Assembly (NCBI RefSeq): GCF_963921235.1
Contig: NC_086109.1
Coordinates: 22,198,001-22,262,000 of the forward strand
DNA from: Mobula hypostoma
Lineage: Eukaryota
Length of the DNA: 64,000 bases
Direction: 5' to 3'
The position numbers were made by a program, and so were the translations under genes. A model generated the notes under the pieces. The model saw nothing but the letters and a program-made list of their open reading frames with translations. It had not been told where the DNA came from and did no database searches. Shown one piece after another: positions 1-11,398 of this stretch (position 1 is its first letter; each line of letters opens with the position of its first letter).

Positions 1-1083
1 ATTGGCAGGAAATAGAGAGTGGGAATAAAGGGATCCTATTCTGGTTGGCTGCCGGTTACCAGTGGTGTTCCACAGGGATCAGTGTTGGGGCCGCTTCTTT
101 TTACATTGTACATCAACGATTTGGATTATGGAATAGATGGCTTTGTGGCTAAGTTTGCTGACGATACGAAGATAGGTGGAGGGGCCGGTAGTGCTGAGGA
201 AACGGAGAGTCTGCAGAGAGACTTGGATAGATTGGAAGAATGGGCAGAGAAGTGGCAAATGAAGTACAATGTTGGAAAGTGTGTGGTTATGCACTTTGGC
301 AGAAAAAATAAGCGGGCAGACTATTATTTAAATGGGGAAAGAATTCAAAGTTCTGAGATGCAACGGGACTTGGGAGTCCTCGTACAGGATTCCCTTAAAG
401 TTAACCTCCAGGTTGAGTCGGTAGTGAAGAAGGCGAATGCAATGTTGGCATTCATTTCTAGAGGAATAGAGTATAGGAGCAGGGATGTGATGTTGAGGCT
501 CTATAAGGCGCTGGTGAGACCTCACTTGGAGTACTGTGGGCAGTTTTACTCTCCTTATTTAAGAAAGGATGTGCTGACGTTGGAGCGGGTACAGAGAAGA
601 TTCACTAGAATGATTCTGGGAATGAGAGGGTTAACATATGAGGAACATTTGTCCGCTCTTGGACTGTTTTCCTTGGAGTTTAGAAGAATGAGGGGAGACC
701 TCATAGAAACATTTCGAATGTTGACAGGCATGGACAGAGTGGATGTAGCAAAGTTGTTTCCCATGATGGGGGAGTCTAGTACGAAAGGGCATGACTTCAG
801 GATTGAAGGGCGCCCTTTCAGAACAGAAATGCGAAAAAATTTTTTTAGTCAGAGGGTGGTGGATCTATGGAATTTGTTGCCATGGGCAGCAGTGGAGGCC
901 AAGTCATTGGGTGTATTTAAGGCAGAGATTGATAGGTATCTGAGTAGCCAGGGCATCAAAGGTTATGGTGAGAAGGCGGGGCAGTGGGACTAAATAGGAT
1001 AAAATGGATCAACTCATGATAAAATGGCGGAGCAGACTCGATGGGCTGAATGGCCTACTTCTGCTCCTTTGTCTTGTGGTCTA
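1..1083 (+). mobile_element. CR1-clade LINE, 3' part (RT C-terminal ORF 19-993 open, plus 3' UTR)
   Basis: ORF has GVPQGSVLGPLLF, KFADDTK and LYKALVRPHLEYC motifs. It is followed by the CR1 3' stem-loop (GCAGACTCGATGGGCTGAATGGCCTACTTCTGC) and tail. Confidence 0.95.
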
Positions 1084-1820
1084 AACAGGAAGAAAATTCA
1101 AGAAAACAAAGGTGCAAAAGGACTTGGGGTTGTCATGCAAGATTCCCCAAAAATTAATTTGCAGGTTGAGTTGGTGGTGAGGAAAGCAAATGCAATGTTA
1201 GCATTCGTTTCGAGAGGACTAGAATATAAGAGCGTGGTTATAGTACTGAGGCTTTATAAGGCACTGGTGAGGCCTCACTTGGAGTATTGTCAGTGTTTTT
1301 TTTTGTCCCTTATTTAAGAGCTGATGTTGGAGTAGGTTCAGAGCAGTCTCATGTAAATGATTCTGGGAATGAAAGGCTTATTGTATGAGGAGTAATTAAT
1401 GGCTCTGAACATTTATTTGCTGGAATTTAGAAGAATGTGGGGGGATCTTATTGAAACCCATCGAATGTTGAAAGACCTAGATAGAGAGGATGTGGAGATG
1501 ATATTTCCTGTGGTGGAAGAGATTAGGAAAAGAGGGCACAACCTCAAAATAGAAGGGCGTCCATTTAGAATGAAGATGAAAAATTTCTTTAGCCAGACGA
1601 TTGTGAATCTGTGGAATTCATTGCCACAGGTGGCTGTAAGGGCAAGTCATTGGCTGTATTTAAGGTGGAGGTTGATAGGTTCTTGGTTAGTTAGGGCATG
1701 AAAGTTTATGGGGAGAAAGCAGGAGAATGAGATAATGGATCAGCCATCATAACATGGCGGAGCAGACTCGATGGGACGAATGGCCTAATCCTGCTGCTAT
1801 GTCTTCTAGCCTTATGGTTG
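1084..1820 (+). mobile_element. CR1 LINE 3' fragment, degraded
   Basis: Broken ORFs 1024-1317 and 1399-1701 repeat the same RT C-terminal motifs; same 3' UTR. Confidence 0.9.
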
Positions 1821-3212
1821 TATCTCTTTTTAAGATGCTGGAATCTGTAGCAGCAAACACTCTGGAGGAAGTAGGCCCTCATTCAGGGTTTTGATCTGGA
1901 ACATGGATATGCCCACCCCAACCACCACAGTGCTAGTGCTGTTTGATTGCTGGTTCCTCAGGCAGATTGTGATATTCAAATAGAAATTTGCAACAGCCTC
2001 TGGGAAGAATGGCTTTGACTTTCCATTCAAGAGGTGGCATGTGCTGGAATCTGGAGCAAAAAACAAGCTGAAGGAATTCAGCAAATTGGCAACATCTATG
2101 AAGGGGGATGGGCCTTTTTTTTTGGCTGCATCCGAACTTCAACAGATGCTGCCTGACCTGCTTGCTTAGTTTTTTTGCTTTTGATTTGAATTTTCCTAAC
2201 TTAAGTGGACATAGCAACTAATTTACATTAATTTTATTATGTGATAGTTCAGCCACTTTTTGTTGAGGGTATTCAAAGTTCAGGGTACAGGGGGATTTCT
2301 CATGTAAAGATAAATTTGATGAATATTTTAATCACCCCAGATTGATTTTGTTTTGTATTTCATGCAAAGATTGCCCCATTGTACATCTTGGGAATGCAAT
2401 GCAAGCTTTGACAGTTAAGATAATTTCAGATAATTTATTGGAGTTGGTTCAAGGGATGAGCGTGCATTGTCTGAGACAATTTGGAGATGTAGACAGCATG
2501 TAATCCTATAATAAATTGTTAAACGAGTTGCAATCATCCACCCAAGCAGGTCTGAATTCATTATGAAGCGCTACAGGAAGTTGAGCAAGAATGAAGTAGT
2601 GACAAAAATCATTTGTTGAAAGGTATTAGAGTGCTTGAAATAATTACTTCTCCATTTTCAGGATGAATATAAATTCAGGTATACCACAGCCAAAAACGAT
2701 TAGTGAAATGAATATGCTTTTGCTCTGCTTTCAGTCACTTTGACAAAAATATAACATATACCAGGGTCATGTGTTTGAACACTACCAGTGTCATTGATAA
2801 CTGCCTGTACCTCCAGACAGGGTTTTGATTGGGCAACTCTAATAGGAATTTGCATTTTGATTATCTCTTTTGGGCAGTCTGTTGTAACAGAGGATATCTG
2901 GATTCTGCTACATTTGTGAGGCGGCTCAAGAGTTGTACAGCAATCCTAGATTCTGCCATAGGTTGGGGGTGGGGGTAGGTGATGCTGGACTATGTGGTTT
3001 GAAACATTGTGTACGCCTTCCACTGTTTGTAAATGGTATTAGTGTGCTCCTTCAGAGATTCAAGGTGCTTAATGCCCTCATCTTCCTTTACTTTGAGCTG
3101 TCATGGCTTCAGAATTTGGATGATTTGTGAGGATGTTGCCCTTGTTTTTCAAAGGGGCTTTGAAAGTATTAAAGCATTTCCTGTCCTTGTGGAAATTGGT
3201 TCCAATGACAGA

Positions 3213-3482
3213 TCATAAGACTGAGGAGCAGAAATGGACCATTTGGCCCATTGAGTCTGCTCCACCAGACTTATAATTCCTCTGAACCTCGTTCTCCTGC
3301 CTTCTCCCATAACCTTTGATGCTCTTACTAAATCAAGAACCTCTCAACCTCTGCTTTAAATACATTGAATGACTTGGCCTCCACAGCCATCTGTGACTAT
3401 GAATTCCACAGATTTGCCTTCTCCCGGCTAAAGATATTCCCCCTCAACTCTGTTTAAGGGACATTCTTGTATCCTGAGGCTG
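3213..3482 (-). mobile_element. CR1 LINE 3' end fragment
   Basis: Reverse complement matches the 3' UTR and ORF2 end of the other CR1 copies. Confidence 0.8.
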
Positions 3483-3937
3483 TTCAAAGCTCAGTAAATT
3501 TCTTGTTTTGGAGTTTGATGGTCATGTGTGCATGAGTCCCATCCGTCAGCGCTTGGTTGACTGCATTACTGATATTTCTTCACTGCTTTTGAAATGTCCT
3601 TTGTCGATCCCTTCATAGACAATGAACAGTGCAAGATTTGGAGTCTTGGTCTTTTGAATAGTCTTTTTTTCAATGCAGTACTGGTAATTTTACATCTGCC
3701 TTTTGAGGGTTGGCTCCCAAGATATGGGAGCTTATCTGTATTTTTGAGGGCTTGATTATCTGGAAAAAATGTTGTCTGGTGGAGCAGGGAAGGAAAAGAA
3801 TTGCCTTTCTTAGACTTCTGGTGCATATCGTTCATTGAATTTTACTTGAATATGATGACCTAGAGCTCAGGCTTGGAGTACACAAGTACAGAAGTTTCAT
3901 CTGCTCGGTGTAGTTCAATGACTTGATTTGTGATTTT

Positions 3938-4232
3938 AAAGGTTAGTTTTATTTGCCACATGTACATTGAAACATTGCAGACGTCATTTGCGTCAATGAC
4001 TAACACAGTCCAAGGATGTGCTGGGAGCAGTCTGCAAGTGTCGCCACGCCAACATAGCATGCCCTTAACTTGCTAGCCCATACGTCTTTGGAATGTGGGA
4101 GAAAACCAGAGCACCCGGAGGATACCCATATGACCTTGGAGAGAGGATTCAATCTCTTTACAGACAGTAGTAGGAATTGAACCCTGATTTGCTTGCACTG
4201 CAAAGCATAATGCTAGCCTCTACGCTAGCTGT
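3938..4232 (-). mobile_element. tRNA-derived V-SINE (HE1-like)
   Basis: Contains the V-domain-like core TGTGGGAGAAAACCAGAGCACCCGGAGG and a B-box-like GGAATTGAACCC (read on +). Related copies at 18478, 19820 and 22388. Confidence 0.7.
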
Positions 4233-4727
4233 GACATTGCTTCACACCCTTTTAAAGCATCCTCACTGCAATACTGCACTTCACTTTTAACAACTTTCTA
4301 GATGGAGTGAAGTTAATTTATAGGCTAACAGAAAACTTTTAATGGTTGCATCTCCACTCCAGCTGGAAGGTTGTTGGTGAAATGCAATATTGCAACAATG
4401 ACTCATCCTTGTTCTGCAGTGAACTTAAGAGCATTGTTTGCATGTCATTGCGTATGTGTCATGAATTTATAAAGGCAACCAAGTTTGAGAATTTTCTGCC
4501 ATCTCCCTGGATTGACACGGCTTTTCTGAGTCAAACAAGGCTGTGGACCACAAAGGCAGGAGAGCTTGTCAAGGGCGGAGGCAGTCAGTGCCTTTGTAAG
4601 AAACAATCTAAAACTACTAAGTTTAGATGCACAGTAGAGAGTATCGTGACTGGTTGCATAACAGCCAGGTACTGAAGCACCAATGCCTAAGAACAGAAAA
4701 GCCTGCAAAAAGTCGTGGACCAAAGTG

Positions 4728-4950
4728 ACACACACAGAATGCTGGAGGAACTTAGCAGGTGGTGGAGGAAATGCTGGAGGAATAACTCGAGTAAACGGTT
4801 GACTTTTCAGGCTGAGACCCTTGTTCAGGACTTCTTGTCCTGTTGACTCATTACTCTTTTCCAATAATGCTGCTTGACTTGCTGTGTTCCTTCAGCATGT
4901 TGTGTGTGTTGCTTTGGATTTTCAGCATATTCAGATTTTCTCGTGTTTGA
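4728..4950. repeat. Palindromic Penelope-end-derived element
   Basis: Inverted arms ACACACACAGAATGCTGGAGGAAC... / ...GTTCCTTCAGCATGTTGTGTGTGT; same family as the ends at 16205, 28465 and 49837. Confidence 0.7.
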
Positions 4951-5222
4951 AAAGCTGGTGGATACAGCCCAAAAGCCCTTCTCACCATTGAGTACATCTA
5001 CAAGGAATGCTGCCACAGCATCCGTCATCAAGCACCTCTACCATCCAGACCATGTGATCTTCCTGCTGCTGCCATTGGAAAAGAACTACAGTTGTCTTGG
5101 GTCCCACACCACCAGGTCTAGGAACCTTCAACCATTGGGCTCCTGAACCAGAGTTGATGACTTAATTCGCCTCAACACTGAGCTGATTCCACAACCTATA
5201 AACTCACTTTCGAGGACTCTAC

Positions 5223-5249
5223 TGTGTGTGTGTGTGTGTGTGCGCGCGC
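5223..5249. repeat. (TG)n(CG)n microsatellite
   Basis: Read directly: tgtgtgtgtgtgtgtgtgtgcgcgcgc. Confidence 0.95.
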
Positions 5250-5375
5250 TCCCATTTGCCTAATGCAAACATGTTTAAGCAACTCTAGGTACCAAATATC
5301 CCATGTTTAACATAAAACTCTGACAAAACTGTTTTAAAATATGCATGTATTCCAGCGTAGTTGTGGGAGGTTATT

Positions 5376-5930
5376 TTTTGACACTGATCAAGAGAAAAAG
5401 ACTCTTGTGTCAAAGTGAAAACAGATTTCTATAAAGTGACCTAAATTAATTACAAATATAAAACTATACTCCAAGTGACTTGGAAATTTTTTTGTATCCA
5501 TCTCCTGACTTGTGTTTTTCAATAACTTTGTTTTTGTGGAGTTGCTTGGAGCGTTCTTTTGTCTTTATGTTCTTACCAGGGTACTGACTTGCCACAGCTG
5601 CCGGGCCTTCCGGATACAAGTGTATTCTTACTGCAATAAATTGAAGCACCTTGACTGCACATGGGTCTCTAAAAGCAATCTCCATTTAACTCATTGTGAC
5701 ATGCAAAACTAATTGGCTGCACTAGTGATGATTTGTTGTGTCATATTAAAGGGTGGTGAATACTTATGCAATCAATTAATTTGTGTTTTATATTTGTAAT
5801 TAATTTAGAACAGTTTGTATAGATGTCTTCACTTTGACATGAAAGTCTTTCTTTTGCTGATCAGTGTCAGAAAAGCCAAATTAAATCTGCTGAGATTCAA
5901 TGTTGTAGAACAAAATATGTAAACTTCCAA
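5376..5930 (-). mobile_element. Internally deleted Tc1-like DNA transposon
   Basis: Remnant paired-like N-terminus KERSKQLHKNKVIEKHKSGDGYKKISKSL; about 90-bp inverted repeats at 5376-5464 and 5786-5873. Confidence 0.75.
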
Positions 5931-7402
5931 GATGCGCACAGACATGTGTGCACAGACAGACACATTTTTTAAATTATTATTTCTGTTTGCACAATTTGTC
6001 TTTTGAACATTGACTGTTTAACAGTCTTTGTGGCTTTTCAAAGATTCTGTTGTATTTCTTTGTTCTACTGTGAATGCCTGCAGGAAGATCTCAGGGTAGT
6101 ATGTGGTGACATGTATGTACTCTGATAATAAACTTACTTTAAACTTGAAATTTCAAGATGTCAGTGAGGCAGTTTTTGAATCTCAAATAAGAGAAAATTT
6201 GAGGATGCTGGAAATCCAAACAACACACCCAGAATGCAGGAGGAACTCAGCAAGGCAGGCAGCATCTTGGAAAAGAGCATTCTGGACTGAAGACTTCATC
6301 AGATCTGGGATAGAGGGAAACAAGTTGATATTCAATACAGAGAGGGTGGGATCTCATCTGGTTGATTTTGGGTATACAAATGGGTGTAAACCTCCCTCAA
6401 GAAGTTACACATTCATTTACCTGGCATCATTGAAATTTAAAGTAATAAAAACTATTTATGCAGAACATAATTGGAGTTAACTACTTAACTAAGTATTCAT
6501 TCACCAGCTGTGGGTGTGCCCAAGGAAAATACTACATTCCATTGAGGCCATCCACAAAGTAAATGAAAGCCCTTGTGTTTATGATATCTTTCTATCATAA
6601 CAGTGCTTCAGTTGGTGATTTGAGATGTTCATGTATGCACCTATTTTGTGTACAATGACTCCAGAGATGAGGACAATGATGAGCTCTGTTCTTAGTGGTG
6701 GCTCGGCAAGCTTTGTTTGTTCCACTGAAATTCCTTCTGGATGCCATAGCATCTTTTATATTCATCCAACAAGCAGACTGCCCACGTAACAACTTCCCTC
6801 AAGATTGCCACTTCCAATGACCCAGCTCTCCTTTAGTGCCGTGTTGGCATTTCTGCCTCTACTTTGTAGTATTGTGCTGCTTGAAACCAAGTGAGATGGT
6901 GACACTGTCTGCCACTTGCGATAAGATTCATTTTGAATGTTCATTCACAGATCTTTAAAAGCTGATGGTTGAAGGGAAAGTAATTGATTGAATTAGCATT
7001 TTTGGGTAGTATCTGTAAGGCCAGGAAATATGTAGTAACAAGAGTCGTTGCTTGATTCTTGGATTATGGGCCGTTAGGTCAGCAGCTGGAAAGTAAACGT
7101 TTAAGCTTTGTGGGGATTTCCTCAATTTATATTTGTCTATTTTACAGGTGGGTTTGCCATTGAGGTTATTCTCTGGTAACAGGATGCCTAGATTGCAATA
7201 TATGTACAATGCATTCTGTTGGCTGTGAGAGATTCAGTCTGTAAAGGCATGGGTATATTTTCTGTAGTTCAAGTAGATCCGAAACTGGTAATGGAGCAAA
7301 CTGTTCATGTTTGCTGTCAACGCAGTACTACCTGCAAGCTGTTGTCCATCCTAAGTGCATTACCATCTTACCTTTATAGCTGGTTCTGGAACAACTATGA
7401 TT

Positions 7403-10400
7403 AGACCATAAGACATAAGAGCAGAATTAGGCCATTAAATCATGGCTGATCTCCTCCTCAACCCCAGTTCCTGGCCTTCTCTCCATAACCTTTGATGCCA
7501 TGTCCAACCAAGGGAACCTGTCCGTCTCTGCCTTAAATACATTCAACGACCTGGCCTCCACAGTTGCATATGGCAACAAATTTCACAAATTCACCACCCT
7601 TTGGCTGAAGAAATTTCTCTTGAAAGGGTGCCCCTCTATTCCTGAGCCTGTGCCCTTTTGTCCAAGACACTCCCACCATGGGAAACATCCTTTCCACATC
7701 TAGTCTGTATAGGCCTTTCAACATCAAAAGATTTCAATGAGATTCCACCCTCCCACCCCCCACAATCCTTCTGAATTCCAGCGAGTACAGACCCAGAGCC
7801 ATCAAATATTCCTTGTTATGATAACTCTTTCATTCCTGGAATCATCCTCCTCTGGACCCTCTTCAATGCCAGCACGTTTTCTAAGATGAGGGGCCCAAAA
7901 CTGTTCACAATACTCAAGGTGAGGCCCCACCAGTATCTTATAAAGCCTCAGCATCACGTCCTTGCTCTTGTATTCTAGACCTCTTAAAATGAATGATAAC
8001 ATGGCATTTGCCTTCCTCACCATTGACTCAACCTGCAAGTTAACCTTCAGGGTGTTCTGCATAAGGACTCCCAAGTCCCTCTGCATCTCAGATTCCTGGA
8101 TTTTCTCCCCATTTAGAAAATAGTCCACACATTTATTTCTTATAAAGTGGATGACCATGCATTTCCCAACATTGTATTTCATTTGCCACTTTTTGGCCCG
8201 TTCTCCTAATCTGTCCAAATCCTTCTGCAGTCTACCTGTTTCCTCAACACTACTTGCCCCTCCACCAAACTTCATATCATCTGCAAACTTGGCAACAAAG
8301 CCATCTATTCCATCATCTAAATCATTGATAGACAGCATAAAAAGCAGTCCTTACACCGACCCCTGTAGAACACCACTAGTCACTGGCAGCCAACCAGAAA
8401 AGGATCCTTTTATTCCCACTCGCTGCCTCCTACCAGTCAGCCAATGCTCCAACTATGTTAGTAGCCTTCCTGTAATATTATGGGCTCTTAACTTGGTAAG
8501 CAAGGCTCATGTGTGACAGCTGGTCGAAGGCCTTCTGAAAGTCCAAATATATAATATTCACTGCATCCCCTTTATCTATCCTACTTGTAATCTCCTCAAA
8601 GAATTTCAACAGGTTCGTCAGTCAGGATTTTCCCTGAATGAAACTATGCTGACTTTGTACTATCTTGTCCTATGTCATCAAGTACTTCATAACCTCATCC
8701 TTAACAATTGACGCTAACACTGAGATCAGGCTAAGTGGTCTGTAATTTCCTTTCTGCTGCCTTCCTCCTTTCTTAATGAGTGGAGTAACCTCTTGCGGTT
8801 TTCCAGTCCTCTGGCACCATGCCAAAGTCCAATGATTTTTGAAAGATTATTTCTAATGCCGCCACAATCTCTAACACTATCTCTTTCAGAACGCTAGGGT
8901 GCAGTTCCTCTGGTCCATGTGATTTGTGTACCTTTAAGTCTTTCAACCTTCTGAGCACATCCTGTCTTGTAACAGTAGCTGCACCTACTTCTCTTTACAC
9001 ACTACAACATTAGGCATACTGCTAGTGTCTTCCACAGTAAAGACTGATGAAAAATACTCATTTAGTTCATTAGCCATCTCCTTGTCCCCTGCTATTATTT
9101 CTCCTGCCTCATTTTCTAGGGGTCCTATATCCACTCTCATTTCTCTTTTATGTTTTAACATACTTGAAAAAACTTTCGCTGTCCCCCCTCATTCTTCCCT
9201 GTGCCCCCCCCATATTCTTCCCACTAATTTTTGGTTCATTACATAACACCCAATCCAATATAGCTGATCACCTAGTAGGCTCAATGGCAGACTGCTCTAA
9301 CAAGCTATCTCTTAGGCATTCAACAAACTCACTCTCTTGAGATCCATTACGAACCTGATTTTCCCAGTCAACATACATGTTAAAATCTCCCGAGAGTACC
9401 ATAATATTGCCCCTTTGACTCAGCTTTTCTATTTCCTGGTGTAACCCGTGGTCCACCTCCCAGCCACTGTTTGGGAAGCCTATATATAACTGCCATCAAT
9501 GTCCTTTTACCCTTGCAGTTTCTTAATTCAACCCACAAGGACTCAACATCTTCCGATCCTATGTCACAACTTTCTACTGATTTGATGCCATTCTTTACTA
9601 GTTGAGTCACACCACCCCTTCTGCCTGCCTTTCTATCCCTCTGACATAACGCGTAACCTTGGACATTCAGCTCCCTTCAGCTGCGATTTAATGATGGCCA
9701 CAACATCATACCTGTAATAGTGCAAGAAGATCATCCACCTTATTTCTTATACTACATGCATTTAGATAAAACACCTTGAGTACTGTATTTGCTATCCTTT
9801 CTGACTCTGCATCCCTAATGATTTGATACTCAGCCTGTTGGCTGCGACAAAGTCCCATCATCTGACTGCACGCTATCTTTACTTTTTTACCTTCCGTCCT
9901 ATCCTTAGTCCCTTCACTCCGGTTCCCAAACCCCTGCTGAGTTAGTTTAAACCTTCCCCAAAAGCTCTAACAAATCTGCCCGCAAGAATATTGGTCCCCC
10001 TTGCGTTCAGGTGCAACCCATCACTTTTGAGCAGGTCATCCCCCCCCCCCACCCGAAGAGATCCCAATGATCCAAGAACCTGAAGCCCTGCCCCCTGCAC
10101 CAGCTTCTCAGCCATGCATTTATCTGCCATATCATCCTGTTTCTACCCTCACTAGCGTGTGGCATAGGCACCAATCCAGAAATTACTATAAGGGAGGTTC
10201 TGCTTCTCAGCTTTCTACCTAGCTCTCTAAATCTCTTTTCAGGACTTCATTGCTTTTCCTTCCTGTATAATTGGTACCAATGTGTATCAAGACATCTAGC
10301 TACTCCCCCTCCCTCTCCAAAATGTTGTGGATGTGATCTGAGACATCCCTGGCACCTGGGAGGCAACATACTATCTGGGTGTCCCATTCATATCCACAGA

Positions 10401-10835
10401 ATCTTGTATCTTTTCCCCTCACTATCAAATCCCCTATCACTACCGCACACTCTTCTCTCTCCCTCTATCCCTTCTACAACCCTGTCACTGTGGCATTCTC
10501 CCAGGAGGTCATCCCCCACAAAAGTATCCAAAGCGGTATACTTGTTTTTGAGGGGAATGGCCACAGGGGTGCTCTGCTGTAACTGCCTATTTCCATTCCC
10601 CCGATAGTCACCCAGCTACTCGCCTCCTGCAACTTCGGGGTGATTACTTCCCTGTAACTTTGATCATTTATATCCTCGCTCTCCTATGCAAGCTGAAGGT
10701 CATCCAGTTGCTGCTCCAGATCACTAACGTGGTCTTCAAGGAGCTGCAGCCGGATACACTTCATGTAGATGTAGTTCCCTGGGAGAGTCTGGGTTTCTTA
10801 CTTCTCCAACATCCGGCACGAAGAGCACACCACAG
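7403..10835 (-). mobile_element. Near full-length degraded CR1 LINE (ORF1 esterase remnant, EN, RT; internal deletion near 9180-9240)
   Basis: DGLHLNARGTNILAGRF..GLN* (ORF1 end, 9942), WVELRN..VIYR and GDFN (endonuclease), KFADD (RT), CR1 3' UTR at 7403-7500. Confidence 0.93.
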
Positions 10836-11398
10836 CCATTTATATGGTACAGTAAGATTGATCCTATGCTATGATTGGAAAGGGGGATGAGCAATGATCA
10901 GCCTTTCCTTCCCTGGCTTTAAGGATATTAGTAAACTGACATTTTCAGGAGTAGGCAATTTGGCCCTTTGATCCTGCTGTGCCATATCGCTGATCCCCTA
11001 TCTCAGTTTCATATTCCTGCTCCTGTATCACATGGGAACCTTTGTGCCAAGAAAACTAGCTATCTGTCTCCTTGAATACCTTCGGTGATTTGTCTTTGAG
11101 CTCAGGTGGTTTACAACCAGGGCTGGTGGCTTGTCAGAGATCAGATTATTGTACATAGTTTCATAGCATGTCAACTCAACTTCAAGATTACCAGAGATGA
11201 AGCTCATTGCTTTTTTTTAAACTAAATATTGAAATATGGGCATTTACAAGGTTTGCACTTGCATTTTGGAACATACTTTAATAACTTTCCTCAAACTTCC
11301 TGTCTGGAAATGATCTGCTAAGTCATTTATGCCAGAAATACTGAATTTGTATGCAATATTTATATAAAATACAATGATGTCTAGAGTGGTGGAATAGG

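Larger units (their letters stand above)
4600..6150 (+). mobile_element. Rex1/Babar-like LINE 3' fragment, interrupted by other insertions
   Basis: Peptides CTVESIVTGCITARY and LVDTAQ...VIKHLYHPDHVIFLLLP...TTRSRN are typical of Rex1/Babar ORF ends. A 3' tail ending AATAAACTTACTTTAAACTTGAA lies near 6126-6150. Confidence 0.65.

Noticed and set aside
2662..2678. Possible 17-nt micro-exon (ttttcag|GATGAATATAAATTCAG|gtatac)
   Set aside because: Length is not a multiple of 3, donor is weak and there is no MAGI similarity.
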